Positions 32,994 to 42,545 of a stretch of 64,000 nucleotides of DNA are shown here, piece after piece. Numbering within the stretch: position 1 is the stretch's first letter; every line of letters begins with the position of its first letter. The stretch comes from Alphaproteobacteria bacterium (GTDB taxonomy: Bacteria > Pseudomonadota > Alphaproteobacteria > UBA6615), in assembly GCA_965248805.1 (NCBI GenBank), contig CBDFKJ010000008.1, positions 480,424 to 544,423 on the forward strand, given 5' to 3'. A program made the position numbers and the translations under genes. The notes below the pieces were generated by a model. The model was not told the DNA's origin. It saw only the letters and a list, made by a program, of their open reading frames with translations, and made no database searches.

Positions 32994-34342
32994 TCAATCG
33001 GTTTTGGGGGCGACGATGATGATGATAACGAGCATGGCTGGTTTGCCTTCGATGTTCGCCACGATGGCGATCGCCAGGGCAGCATCGAACTGAATAACGA
33101 ACAAAAGGGTGCTCTTTGCACTCGCAGCCTCCCTCGGCGTGCCTGATCCGAACAGCGCGCGCATCAGAATGCCGAGATTGAACCCGGCGACATGGATCAG
33201 GTAGCGTTTGTGGACGTTCTCGCGCGCCCGCAGCAACGCGCGGCGCATGCCGCCACGGTCGAGGACATGGGCGAAGCTGCGCTCGACCATCTCACCGCGC
33301 CTGCGCATGGCGTTCCGCGCGACGCCGGACTTCAATCGCGCCCGGTTGGCGTAGACAGCCTGACGTGCCGCCTGGTCGCCATGCCAGCGCAGATAGCCGT
33401 TGGCGGGCTCCGGCTCGGAGATCCGCGTTTTCCAGACGCCGCCGTCGAGGTCTTTCAGCCCCTCGCGTGAATGATAGCCCTTGTCGCCAACGAGACTGCA
33501 GGGCTCTGCCCGTGTTGGAGCCAGGCCGACCTCGGCGAGGTTGCGCGCGGCCGCCTCCAGCGTCCCAGGCAAAGTCGTCGTGTCGCCTTCATCGGCTGGA
33601 TAGATCGGTGCCGCAACGATGACGCCGGTGTCGAGATCGACCGCGTGCTCGGGCTTGTAGGCCAGATGCGTGGTGCCGTCCTTCATCCGCGCGATCTTCG
33701 CATCAGGATCGGTCGGGCTCGTCCAATCCTTGTTCGAAAGCTTCTTGCCCTTCCGCCGGCGATCGAGCCGGACGAGGTCGTCGATCGTCGGCGTTTCGAC
33801 GCCACTCTCCTTCGCCATTTGCGTCAGCATCTCGCGATAGGTCTCGCCGCTATCGCGCCGCACGATGGCTCGCAGGGCGGCGTTGGCTTCCATCGTCGAG
33901 CCGTCGACGCCGATCCGCTCGCCCTTCACCAGACCGCGCGCGGCGACGAGAGCCAGAACCCAGTCGAAAACCTTTTCATGGACCTCGTGCGGCAGCCGGC
34001 CGCGCGTCTTCGACAACCAGGAACCTTGTCCCGGTTCGCCAACCGCAGAAACGCGCGAAGCGACAGCGAATCCGAACAGCGCCAAGCGATGCCGCGCTCG
34101 CTGCCGATGCCCTCGAAATAGCCGGTCATGTGCATCCGGAAATAACGCCCCGGCGGCAGCGAAGGAGCCCCCATCCGAGGTGCGTAGTATGGCTTGCACG
34201 TCGCCTCCACGAAGCCGTCAAAGCCAGACTCGGTCAGCAACTCATGCAGCCGGTCGGAAAACGCGTGTCCAGGCGAACGCGGCATCTCCGCCCATGTCAC
34301 CACGAGGTCACCCTGAACCTCGCTCTGTCGTCTCAATGCCAT
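32994..34342 (-). pseudogene. IS5/IS1182-like DDE transposase, frameshifted near 34005-34020. N-part 33926..34342, C-part 32994..~34000. Element extent roughly 32990..34370.
   Basis: N-part FSDRLHELLTESGFDGFVEATCKPYYAPRMGAPSLPPGRYFRMHMTGYFEGI... and C-part ..LSKTRGRLPHEVHEKVFDWVLALVAARGL..DKGYHSREGL.. are both typical of this transposase group but lie in different frames. Confidence 0.7.
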
Positions 34343-34665
34343 CGCACGACGCCCGTCTAAATCTCTATGTTCAGACAGAATCAGACACGCCGGACTTCGT
34401 CAACGGGCTGCTATCCGGTGAAGACAAGGATGATGGAACATATTGGCTGCGCGCACCTGGTTCTCCTGCAAGCTGTAGACACGATCTCCGTGCCAAAGCA
34501 GCGTCGGTCCTAACCGATTGAAATCGTGACATTTATCTAAAATCAGCGAGACGCGCCCCGTATCGTGCGGGCAAGCGCTTCCCGTCATGCGGCAAAAGCT
34601 GCCGCCGACGATGGACGGGCCCGACGGCTTCGTGGCAGGAAGGGGTTCCGCATGGGAGGGACGAG

Positions 34666-35419
34666 ATGACAACGAAAACCGCCATGATGGCGTGCGCGCT
34701 CGCCGTCGGTTTGCTGACGGGGGATGCTGCCCAGGCACAGATCGATATCCTGCGCCAGGGCCGCGATCTGCTGCAGAACCTACAACCCGGTGCGCCGGGC
34801 GCGGCCGCGCCGCTGACGGTCGGCGACATGGGCGCCGGGCTGAAGGATGCGCTGCGGGTCGGCACCGAGACGGTCGTCGGCCAGCTGAGCGCCTTTGACG
34901 GCTTCAATGCCGACCCCGCGATCCACATACCGCTGCCGGACACGCTGGCAAACGTGAAAGCGACGCTGGGCCGCGTCGGCATGTCGGGCATGCTCGATGA
35001 TCTGGAGCTGCGCCTCAACCGAGCCGCCGAGGCCGCGACGCCGCAGGCGAAGGCGAATTTTCTGGGATGCCATCACCGCCATGACCTGGAGCGACGCACA
35101 GCGCATCTACGAGGGGCTGGAAGACGCCGCCACCCGCTATTTCGAGGGCCGCACGTCGGACCCGATCGCCGAGGCCATGCGCCCTGTCGTCGACGAGAGT
35201 CTGGCGCAGGTTGGCGTCGTTCAAGCCTATGACAATGTCATGGGCCAGTATCGCGCCATCCCATTCGTGCCGGACATAAAGGCGGATTTGACCGAGTGGG
35301 CGCTAACGAAGGCGCTGGAGGGAATGTTCCACTATCTGGCAATCGAGGAGGCGGCGATCCGCAACGAGCCGGTCAAGCGCACGACCGACCTGCTCAAACG
35401 CGTGTTCGGCGCGACCTAG
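34666..35419 (+). pseudogene. DUF4197-family periplasmic protein, frameshifted at ~35060 (single A insertion in GCG AAT TTT CTG). Its 3' end abuts IS630 copy 2.
   Basis: Signal peptide plus DUF4197 pattern (LKDALRVGTETVV..FDGFN..IHIPLPDTL....RAAEAATPQAKA | IFWDAITAMTWSDAQRI..). The two halves are in adjacent frames. Confidence 0.65.
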
Positions 35420-36559
35420 TGGATTGATTCCAACGTTTGGAACCCTCGGTTTCGGGCTGCGATGATGTCGTCGGGGTCGGCTTTCCATATGAATGGCTGT
35501 GGGTTGGCCGCATTGTATTCGCGGACGAAGCGGTTGATTGCGGCCTGGAGATCGACGACGGAATGGAAGACGCCGTGCTTGAGCCGCCGCCGGGTGAGTT
35601 TTGCGAAGAAGCCCTCGACGGCATTGAGCCACGAGCAGGAGGTCGGTGTGAAGTGGAAAGTCCAGCGTGGATGGCGGGCGAGCCAGGCGCGGACCTTGTC
35701 CTTGTTGTGCGCCGCGTAGTTGTCGACGATCGCGTGGATGGCCTTGTCCGCCGGCACCGTGCGCTCGATGCGGTTGAGGAAGCGGATGAACTCCTGATGG
35801 CGGTGGCGCTGCATGTTCTGGCCGATCACCGTTCCGTCCAGAACGTTGAGCGCCGCAAACAGCGTGGTCGTGCCGTGCCGTTTGTAGTCATGGGTCATGG
35901 TGCCGGCGCGTCCCTTCTTCATCGGCAGACCGGCGGTCGAGCGCCTGGATCTGTGACTTCTCATCGATCGACAACACCACCGCATGGGCCGGCGGGTCGA
36001 CATACAGGCCGACGATATCGGTGAGTTTCTCGGCGAAGGCAGGGTCGGTCGACAGCTTGAAGTTGCGCCAGCGGTGCGGGCTGAGACCGTGAGCCTTCCA
36101 GATCGCCTGCACCGTCGAGGCGGCAATACCGGCCGCCCTGGCCATCGCGCGCAACGTCCAGTGGGTCGCCTCAAACGGCGGCGGTTGCTGCGTCAGGCGC
36201 ACGATCTCGGCGACACGATCGAGCGGGACCGGCGCCTCGCCGGGCGGACGGGACTTGTCGCGAAGCAGGCCGCCGACACCCTCGTGCATGAACCGCTCTT
36301 GCCAGCGCCACACGCAGGTCTTGGACTTGCCGGTCTCGGTCATGATCGCCGAGGTGCCCAGGCCCTCGCCGCTGAGAAGGACAATATGTGCCCGCCAGAC
36401 GTGTTTCTGCGGGCTCTTGGGATCCGCGACGACCGCGCGCAATCGCTGACGGTCGCCGGCGGATAGGGTGAAGGAGATTCCACTGCGCATGCGCCAGATT
36501 CGCATACCACAGCAAAATACGGAATCCCAATTCGGACTCTTTCATTCCGATCAATCCAC
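35419..36559 (-). mobile_element. IS630-family insertion sequence, copy 2, inverted relative to copy 1. Its transposase is disrupted by a 7-bp tandem duplication (CCATGAC) at ~35905-35911. TA target duplication.
   Basis: About 99 % identical to copy 1 over ~1.13 kb with a few aa substitutions. ORFs 35888..36505 and 35416..36174 join only after removal of the 7-bp repeat. Flanks are gcgaccTAgtgg and ccacTAggtg. Confidence 0.85.
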
Positions 36560-37974
36560 TAGGTGAAAAAGACGAACGTGACCACGACGAACACCGGCAA
36601 CAGGATCCCCCCCGACCAGGCCATGTAGCCGAAGAAACTGGGCATCTTGATGCCGCGCTCCTCGGCGATGGCGCGCACCATGAAGTTGGGGGCGTTGCCG
36701 ATATAGGTGTTGGCGCCCATGAACACCGCGCCGGCCGAGATGGCGAGCAGGGTCGAGGCCAACGGCCCCATCAGTGTCACAGGGTCGCCGCCGGCGGTGT
36801 TGAAGAAGACCAGATAGGTGGGCGCGTTGTCGAGGAAGCTCGACAGGATGCCGGTCGCCCAGAAGTAGACGGCGTCCACCGGTTGACCGTTGGCATCGGT
36901 GACCGCATTGACGATGGGCGACAAGGCGCCCTCGGTGCCGGCGCGCAGGATGGCGATCGCCGGAATGATCGTCAGGAATATACCGGCAAACAGCTTCGCC
37001 ACCTCGACAATGGGAAACCAGCTGAAGGCGTTGGCGACCCGGCTTTCGCTGCTGGTGATCCGCCAGGACGCCGCAGCCAACCCCAACAGCGCCACATCGC
37101 GGGCCATGTTCTGTAGCTCGACGTCGACGTGAAAGACGGCGATGGAAAGGTTCGGGCGCCAGAGCCCGCTCATCAGGACCGCGCCGACCACGCCCACGAG
37201 CAGCAAGAGATTGATCCCGCCTTCCAGGCCGAGGCTCTCGCGAGCGCGCGGTTTCTGCGTCGGCTCGCGACCGTACAAGACGGTGTCGATGACGAAGAAC
37301 AGAGCCAGCAGCGCCACGCTGACCAGCAGCATGGGCAGGAACATGTGTGTGGTCGGCCAGAAGAATTCGACGCCCTTCAGGAAGCCGAGGAACAACGGCG
37401 GATCGCCGAGCGGGGTCAGCGAGCCGCCGATATTGGCGACCAGGAAGATGAAGAAGACGATCACATGCACCCGGTGCCGCCGCTCCAGGTTGGCGCGGAC
37501 CAGCGGCCGGATCAGCAGCATTGCGGCACCGGTCGTTCCCATCCAACTGGCCATCGCCGTGCCCAGCGCCAGCATCGCGGTGTTGACCGCGGGCGTGCCG
37601 GCGATGCTGCCGGTAACGCGCACGCCGCCGGCGACAGTGAACAGCACGAGCAACAGGATGATGAACGGAATGTATTCGAGCAGCGCGGTATGCAGCAGCT
37701 CGAATAACGCCAGCCGCCAGCCGAACTGGATCGTGAACGGCAGCAGGAACAACAGCACCCAGAAGGCCGAGATCTTGCCAAAATGACGGTGCCAAACCAT
37801 CGGCGCGACCAACGGAAAGATCGCGATCGACAGCAGCATGCCGACGAAGGGCAGCACCCAGACCGGGCCCAACAGTGCGACGTCGAGATGCGGTGCGTCC
37901 GCGTCCGCAGCGCGCGCACCGGTCGTCGCAAGTCCGCTCAGGAAGCTCGCCGTGATCGTGCGCAAACCTTGCAT
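36559..37974 (-). CDS. Ion transporter of the ArsB/NhaD (IT) permease superfamily, a putative anion or Na+/H+ antiporter-like permease. Its stop codon is created by the IS630 copy 2 junction.
   Basis: About 470-aa polytopic membrane protein with the two-repeat IT-superfamily architecture. The ORF terminates FVFFT* using the TAG formed at the IS630 TA junction. Confidence 0.65.
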   Translation of the reverse strand: MQGLRTITASFLSGLATTGARAADADAPHLDVALLGPVWVLPFVGMLLSIAIFPLVAPMVWHRHFGKISAFWVLLFLLPFTIQFGWRLALFELLHTALLEYIPFIILLLVLFTVAGGVRVTGSIAGTPAVNTAMLALGTAMASWMGTTGAAMLLIRPLVRANLERRHRVHVIVFFIFLVANIGGSLTPLGDPPLFLGFLKGVEFFWPTTHMFLPMLLVSVALLALFFVIDTVLYGREPTQKPRARESLGLEGGINLLLLVGVVGAVLMSGLWRPNLSIAVFHVDVELQNMARDVALLGLAAASWRITSSESRVANAFSWFPIVEVAKLFAGIFLTIIPAIAILRAGTEGALSPIVNAVTDANGQPVDAVYFWATGILSSFLDNAPTYLVFFNTAGGDPVTLMGPLASTLLAISAGAVFMGANTYIGNAPNFMVRAIAEERGIKMPSFFGYMAWSGGILLPVFVVVTFVFFT

Positions 37975-38132
37975 GGGGCGATACGCTATTGGGATGTCGC
38001 GAGCCGGTGTGCGGGCGGCGGGATCATACCGCCTCGCCAGCGTGTCACAAGGCCGCCGCCGCGTCGCCTTGTGGTGGCCGCCGCCGCCCGATATTACCGA
38101 TGCGCGAAACAGGCGATCCCGGGAGCCAGGCC

Positions 38133-38747
38133 ATGGACATGAGCGGTGAGTATCGCGTTGCCGCGACGCGCGAGCAGGTGTGGGCCGCACTCAACGATCC
38201 CGACATCCTGAAGCAATGCATCCCGGGCTGCCAGGAAATGGTCAAGGTCTCCGACACCGAATTCATGGCTAAGGTCGTGGCCAAGGTCGGTCCGGTGAAC
38301 GCGCGCTTCGGCGGCCGCGTGACCTTGAGCGATCTTGATCCGCCGAATGGCTATACCATCACCGGCGAGGGTACCGGTGGCGCGGCCGGATTTGCACAAG
38401 GCGGCGCCACAGTGACGCTGGCGCCAGACGGCGAGGCGACGGCGTTGCGCTACAGCGTCGCCGCCACCGTCGGCGGCAAGCTGGCGCAGATCGGCTCGCG
38501 TTTGATCGACGCCACCGCGCGCAAGATGGCCGACGACTTCTTTTCCGCCTTCACCCAGATTGTCGGGGTGGCCGAGATGGCCGAGGCTCCGGCGGTCGAG
38601 GCTCCGGCGGTCGAGGCTCCCATCGAAGCGCCACCGCCGGCGGCCGGTGCCGAAGAGCGGCGCGTCAAACCGGTGATTTGGATCCCGGCGATGATCGTCG
38701 CGATTATTCTGGTGCTACTGTACTTCGCCGCCCGGCCTGCCGGCTAA
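38133..38747 (+). CDS. coxG: Carbon monoxide dehydrogenase subunit G-like SRPBCC protein (CoxG) with a C-terminal Ala/Pro-rich linker and a predicted TM anchor
   Basis: MDMSGEYRVAATREQVWAALNDPDILKQCIPGCQEM... is the CoxG family sequence. The C-terminus is VIWIPAMIVAIILVLLYFAARP. Confidence 0.8.
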   Translation: MDMSGEYRVAATREQVWAALNDPDILKQCIPGCQEMVKVSDTEFMAKVVAKVGPVNARFGGRVTLSDLDPPNGYTITGEGTGGAAGFAQGGATVTLAPDGEATALRYSVAATVGGKLAQIGSRLIDATARKMADDFFSAFTQIVGVAEMAEAPAVEAPAVEAPIEAPPPAAGAEERRVKPVIWIPAMIVAIILVLLYFAARPAG

Positions 38748-38850
38748 TGCTCTGGCGGCGCGCGCATCTATACCTTGACGTCGCCGCCACGGGCGGTCGA
38801 AACTCGGGCGCAATCGTCCTGGCGGATCCACCGGCTACATCAAGGAGGCA

Positions 38851-39321
38851 ATGATGCCCACCGTTTCCTTGGCGGTGAACGGCAAGGCGGTGTCGGCCGA
38901 GGTCGACCCGCCGACCCTGCTCGTTCAATTGCTGCGCGAGCAGCTGCGACTGACCGGCACGCATGTCGGCTGCGACACCAGTCAGTGCGGCGCCTGTGTC
39001 GTGCATGTCGACGGCAGGTCTGTGAAGTCGTGCACGATGCTGGCCGTGCAGGCCGAGGGCGCCGCGGTCACGACCATCGAAGGCCTGGCCACGAACGGTA
39101 CGCTGCATCCGATGCAGGAAGCCTTCCGCGAACATCATGGCTTGCAATGCGGCTTCTGCACGCCGGGCATGGTGATGAGCGCGATCGATCTGGTGCAGCA
39201 AAACGCGAACCCGACCGAGCGCGAGATTCGCGAGTGGCTGGAGGGCAATATCTGTCGCTGTACCGGCTACCATAACATCGTCAAGGCGATCGACGCCGGC
39301 GCCAAAGCGCTGCGGGGCTGA
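38851..39321 (+). CDS. coxS: Molybdenum hydroxylase small (2Fe-2S) subunit
   Basis: Two [2Fe-2S] motifs ([15 protein letters not shown] and CGFCTPGM...CRCTGY). Confidence 0.9.
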   Translation: MMPTVSLAVNGKAVSAEVDPPTLLVQLLREQLRLTGTHVGCDTSQCGACVVHVDGRSVKSCTMLAVQAEGAAVTTIEGLATNGTLHPMQEAFREHHGLQCGFCTPGMVMSAIDLVQQNANPTEREIREWLEGNICRCTGYHNIVKAIDAGAKALRG

Positions 39322-39324
39322 GCC

Positions 39325-41676
39325 ATGAGCGAAACCGGCATCGGCGCCTCCGTACGGCGCAAAGAGGACCAGCGGTTTCTCACCGGCACCGGCCGCTATA
39401 CCGACGACATCAACCGGCCGGGGCAGGCGATCTCCTATTTCCTGCGCTCACCGCACGCCCACGCCAACCTTAACGGCATCGATACGGCCAAGGCCGAGGC
39501 CGCACCGGGCGTCGTCGCAATTCTCACAGGCGACGACCTGAAGGCCGACGTCGTGAACGGCATTCCCTGTGGCTTCGCGCCCACCGGCGCGGCGTATGTG
39601 AACGAGCCAGCGCGTCCGGCGTTGGCCCAAGGCTCGGTGCGGTTCGTCGGCGACATGGTCGCGCTGGTGATCGCCGAGACGTATGCGCAGGCCCGCGACG
39701 CGGCGGAACTGATCGAGGTCGACTACACGCCGCTCGGTGCCTGTGCGTCGATGATGAGCGCGCGCTCCGCGGGCGCAGCGCAGCTGCACGACAATGCACC
39801 AGGCAACCTGTGCTTCGAGTGGCAGCTTGGCGACAAGGAGGCGACCGACGCCGCGTTCGCCGGTGCTCACCACGTCACCGAGTTGGACCTGGTCAACAAC
39901 CGTAAGATCCCCAACGCAATGGAGCCGCGAGCAGCCCTGGGCGAGTACGATCCCGGCACCGGTGCCTATACGCTCCACACCACCAGTCAGAACCCGCATG
40001 TGACGCGGTTGCTGCTGGGCGCCTTCGTGCTTGGCATTCCGGAGCACAAGCTGCGCGTGATTTCGCCCGATGTCGGCGGCGGTTTCGGCTCCAAGATCCC
40101 CTTCTATCCCGAGGAGGCCACGGTCACTTGGGCGGCAAAAAAGCTCGGCCGACCGATCAAATGGACCGCCGACCGCAGCGAATCGTTCCTGTCGGACACG
40201 CATGGGCGTGACCACACGACGCATGCCGAGTTGGCGCTGGACGAAAACGGCAAGTTTCTAGGTCTTCGTGTCGCAACCGACGCCAATCTCGGCGCCTACC
40301 TGTCCACATTCGGGCCGCTGATTCCGACCTATCTGCACGCAACGCTGCTGGCCGGCCAGTACACGACGCCAGCGATCCATGCCGCAGTGAATGGCGTGTT
40401 TACCAACACCGCGCCCGTCGATGCCGAGCGCGGCGCGGGGCGGCCGGAGGCGACGTTCCTGGTGGAACGGCTGGTGGATTTGGCGGCGCGTGAGATGGGC
40501 ATAGACGCGGTGGAACTGCGGCGGCGCAATTTCGTCGCACCCGATGCCTTTCCCTATCAGACGCCGGTGGCGCTGCAGTACGACAGCGGCAACTACGCGG
40601 CGGTATTGGACGAGGCGCTGTCGCTGGCCGAGCACGCCGGCATCGACGCACGCAAGGCCGAGGCGAAATCGCGCGGCAGGCTGCGTGGCCTCGGCTTGTG
40701 CACCTACATCGAGGCATGCGGGCTGGCGCCGTCGAGCGTTGCCGGCGCCATTGGCGCCCGCGCTGGCCTGTACGAATCCGCCGAAGTGCGCTTTCACCCG
40801 ACCGGATCGGTGACCGTGTTCACCGGCTCTCACGCGCACGGCCAGGGTCACGAAACCACGTTTGCGCAAATCGTGTCGGACCGTTTGGGCGTTGCCATTG
40901 AAAATATCGACGTGGTGCACGGCGACACCGGAGAGGTCCCTTTCGGTATGGGAACGTATGGTTCGCGCTCCTGCGCGGTCGGCGGTTCGGCGATCGCGAC
41001 CGCCTGCGACAAGATTGTCGAGAAGGGGCGCAAGATCGCGGCCCATCTCCTGGAAGCGTCGACCCAGGACATCGATTTCGCCGACGGTGCCTTCACGGTT
41101 ACCGGCACCGACCGCAGCAAGTCCATCGGCGATGTGGCGCTGGCCGCCTATGTGCCGCACAACTACCCGTTGGAAGAGTTGGAACCGGGGCTGGACGAGA
41201 GCGCTTTCTACGATCCGAAGAACTTCACCTATCCCGCCGGCTGCCATATCTGTGAAGTGGAGGTCGACCCGGAAACCGGCACGGTCGAGCTCGTTAGCTG
41301 GGTGGCGGTCGACGATTTCGGCACGATCATCAATCCGATGATTGTCGAAGGCCAGGTCCATGGCGGCGTCGCGCACGGCGTTGGTCAGGCGCTCATGGAA
41401 CAGTGTATCTATGACGAGGCGGGTCAGCTTGTGACTGGCTCCTACACCGACTATTGCATGCCGCGCGCCGACGATCTGCCCAGCCTCAAGGTCGGCTACA
41501 AGGTGACGCCGTGCCCGCACAATCCGCTCGGCGTCAAGGGCTGCGGCGAGGCCGGCGCCATCGCGGCGCCGGCGGCCGTGATCAGCGCCGTCAGCGACGC
41601 CATCGGCGTTGCGCATATCGATATGCCGGCGACTTCGGAGCGCGTGTGGCGCGCGCTGCAAGGCGCAACCGCCTAG
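39325..41676 (+). CDS. coxL: Molybdopterin-binding large subunit of a form-II CODH-like (xanthine dehydrogenase family) enzyme
   Basis: 783 aa. The active-site loop [10 protein letters not shown] is the form-II AYRGAGR type rather than the form-I VAYRCSFR. S-L-M gene order. Confidence 0.85.
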   Translation: MSETGIGASVRRKEDQRFLTGTGRYTDDINRPGQAISYFLRSPHAHANLNGIDTAKAEAAPGVVAILTGDDLKADVVNGIPCGFAPTGAAYVNEPARPALAQGSVRFVGDMVALVIAETYAQARDAAELIEVDYTPLGACASMMSARSAGAAQLHDNAPGNLCFEWQLGDKEATDAAFAGAHHVTELDLVNNRKIPNAMEPRAALGEYDPGTGAYTLHTTSQNPHVTRLLLGAFVLGIPEHKLRVISPDVGGGFGSKIPFYPEEATVTWAAKKLGRPIKWTADRSESFLSDTHGRDHTTHAELALDENGKFLGLRVATDANLGAYLSTFGPLIPTYLHATLLAGQYTTPAIHAAVNGVFTNTAPVDAERGAGRPEATFLVERLVDLAAREMGIDAVELRRRNFVAPDAFPYQTPVALQYDSGNYAAVLDEALSLAEHAGIDARKAEAKSRGRLRGLGLCTYIEACGLAPSSVAGAIGARAGLYESAEVRFHPTGSVTVFTGSHAHGQGHETTFAQIVSDRLGVAIENIDVVHGDTGEVPFGMGTYGSRSCAVGGSAIATACDKIVEKGRKIAAHLLEASTQDIDFADGAFTVTGTDRSKSIGDVALAAYVPHNYPLEELEPGLDESAFYDPKNFTYPAGCHICEVEVDPETGTVELVSWVAVDDFGTIINPMIVEGQVHGGVAHGVGQALMEQCIYDEAGQLVTGSYTDYCMPRADDLPSLKVGYKVTPCPHNPLGVKGCGEAGAIAAPAAVISAVSDAIGVAHIDMPATSERVWRALQGATA

Positions 41677-41691
41677 AGGGGAAAGACAGCC

Positions 41692-42489
41692 ATGTACGGG
41701 TTCAAGTACCAGCGCGCCACCTCGGCGGCCGACGCCGTCAGCGCGGTTCGCGCCGGCGATGACGCCACTTTCCTGGCCGGTGGCATGACCCTGATCCCGA
41801 CACTGAAGCAACGCCTGACGCGCCACTCCGACTTGATCGATCTGGCCGGCATCGGTGAAATGCAGGGTATCAGCGAGGCCGGCGACACCGTGGTGATCGG
41901 GGCCATGACGAGCCACGCCGCCGTCGCCGGATCCGATGTCGTGCGCGCCAAAATCCCTGCGTTGGCGGCGTTGGCCGATGGCATCGGCGATCCGCAGGTG
42001 CGTAACCGTGGCACGATCGGCGGCTCGGTGGCCAACAACGATCCCGCCGCCGACTACCCGGCGGCATGCCTGGGCCTCGGCGCGACAATCGTCACAACCG
42101 AACGCGAGATCGCCGCCGACGACTTCTTCACCGGCCTGTTCGAGACCGCCTTGGGCAAGGGCGAGCTGATCACCGCGGTGTGCTTTCCGGTACCGGCAAA
42201 GGCCGCCTACGTGAAGTTCCCCAATCCGGCGTCACATTACGCCATCGTTGGCGTGTTCGTCGCGTCCGGCCCCGCCGGTGTGCGCGTGGCGGTGACCGGC
42301 GCCGGTCAGGATGGCGTCTTCCGCGCCGGCGAGACCGAGCAGGCGTTGGCCGGCAATTGGAGCCCAGATGCCGCAGCGGGCGTGAGCTTCAGCCCGGACG
42401 GGCTCAACGCGGACCTCCATGCCAGCGCCGAATACCGGGCGCATTTGACCACGGTCATGGCAAAACGGGCGGTTGCGGCGGCTGGCTAA
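41692..42489 (+). CDS. coxM: Molybdenum hydroxylase FAD-binding medium subunit
   Basis: FAD-binding CO dehydrogenase flavoprotein domain (AGGMTLIP ... GTIGGSVANNDPAADY). Confidence 0.9.
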   Translation: MYGFKYQRATSAADAVSAVRAGDDATFLAGGMTLIPTLKQRLTRHSDLIDLAGIGEMQGISEAGDTVVIGAMTSHAAVAGSDVVRAKIPALAALADGIGDPQVRNRGTIGGSVANNDPAADYPAACLGLGATIVTTEREIAADDFFTGLFETALGKGELITAVCFPVPAKAAYVKFPNPASHYAIVGVFVASGPAGVRVAVTGAGQDGVFRAGETEQALAGNWSPDAAAGVSFSPDGLNADLHASAEYRAHLTTVMAKRAVAAAG

Positions 42490-42545
42490 GGCGCCAGCTG
42501 CGCCATCGCTCGCAATTATCGCCCGTTCGATCTATGCTCGCGCCA

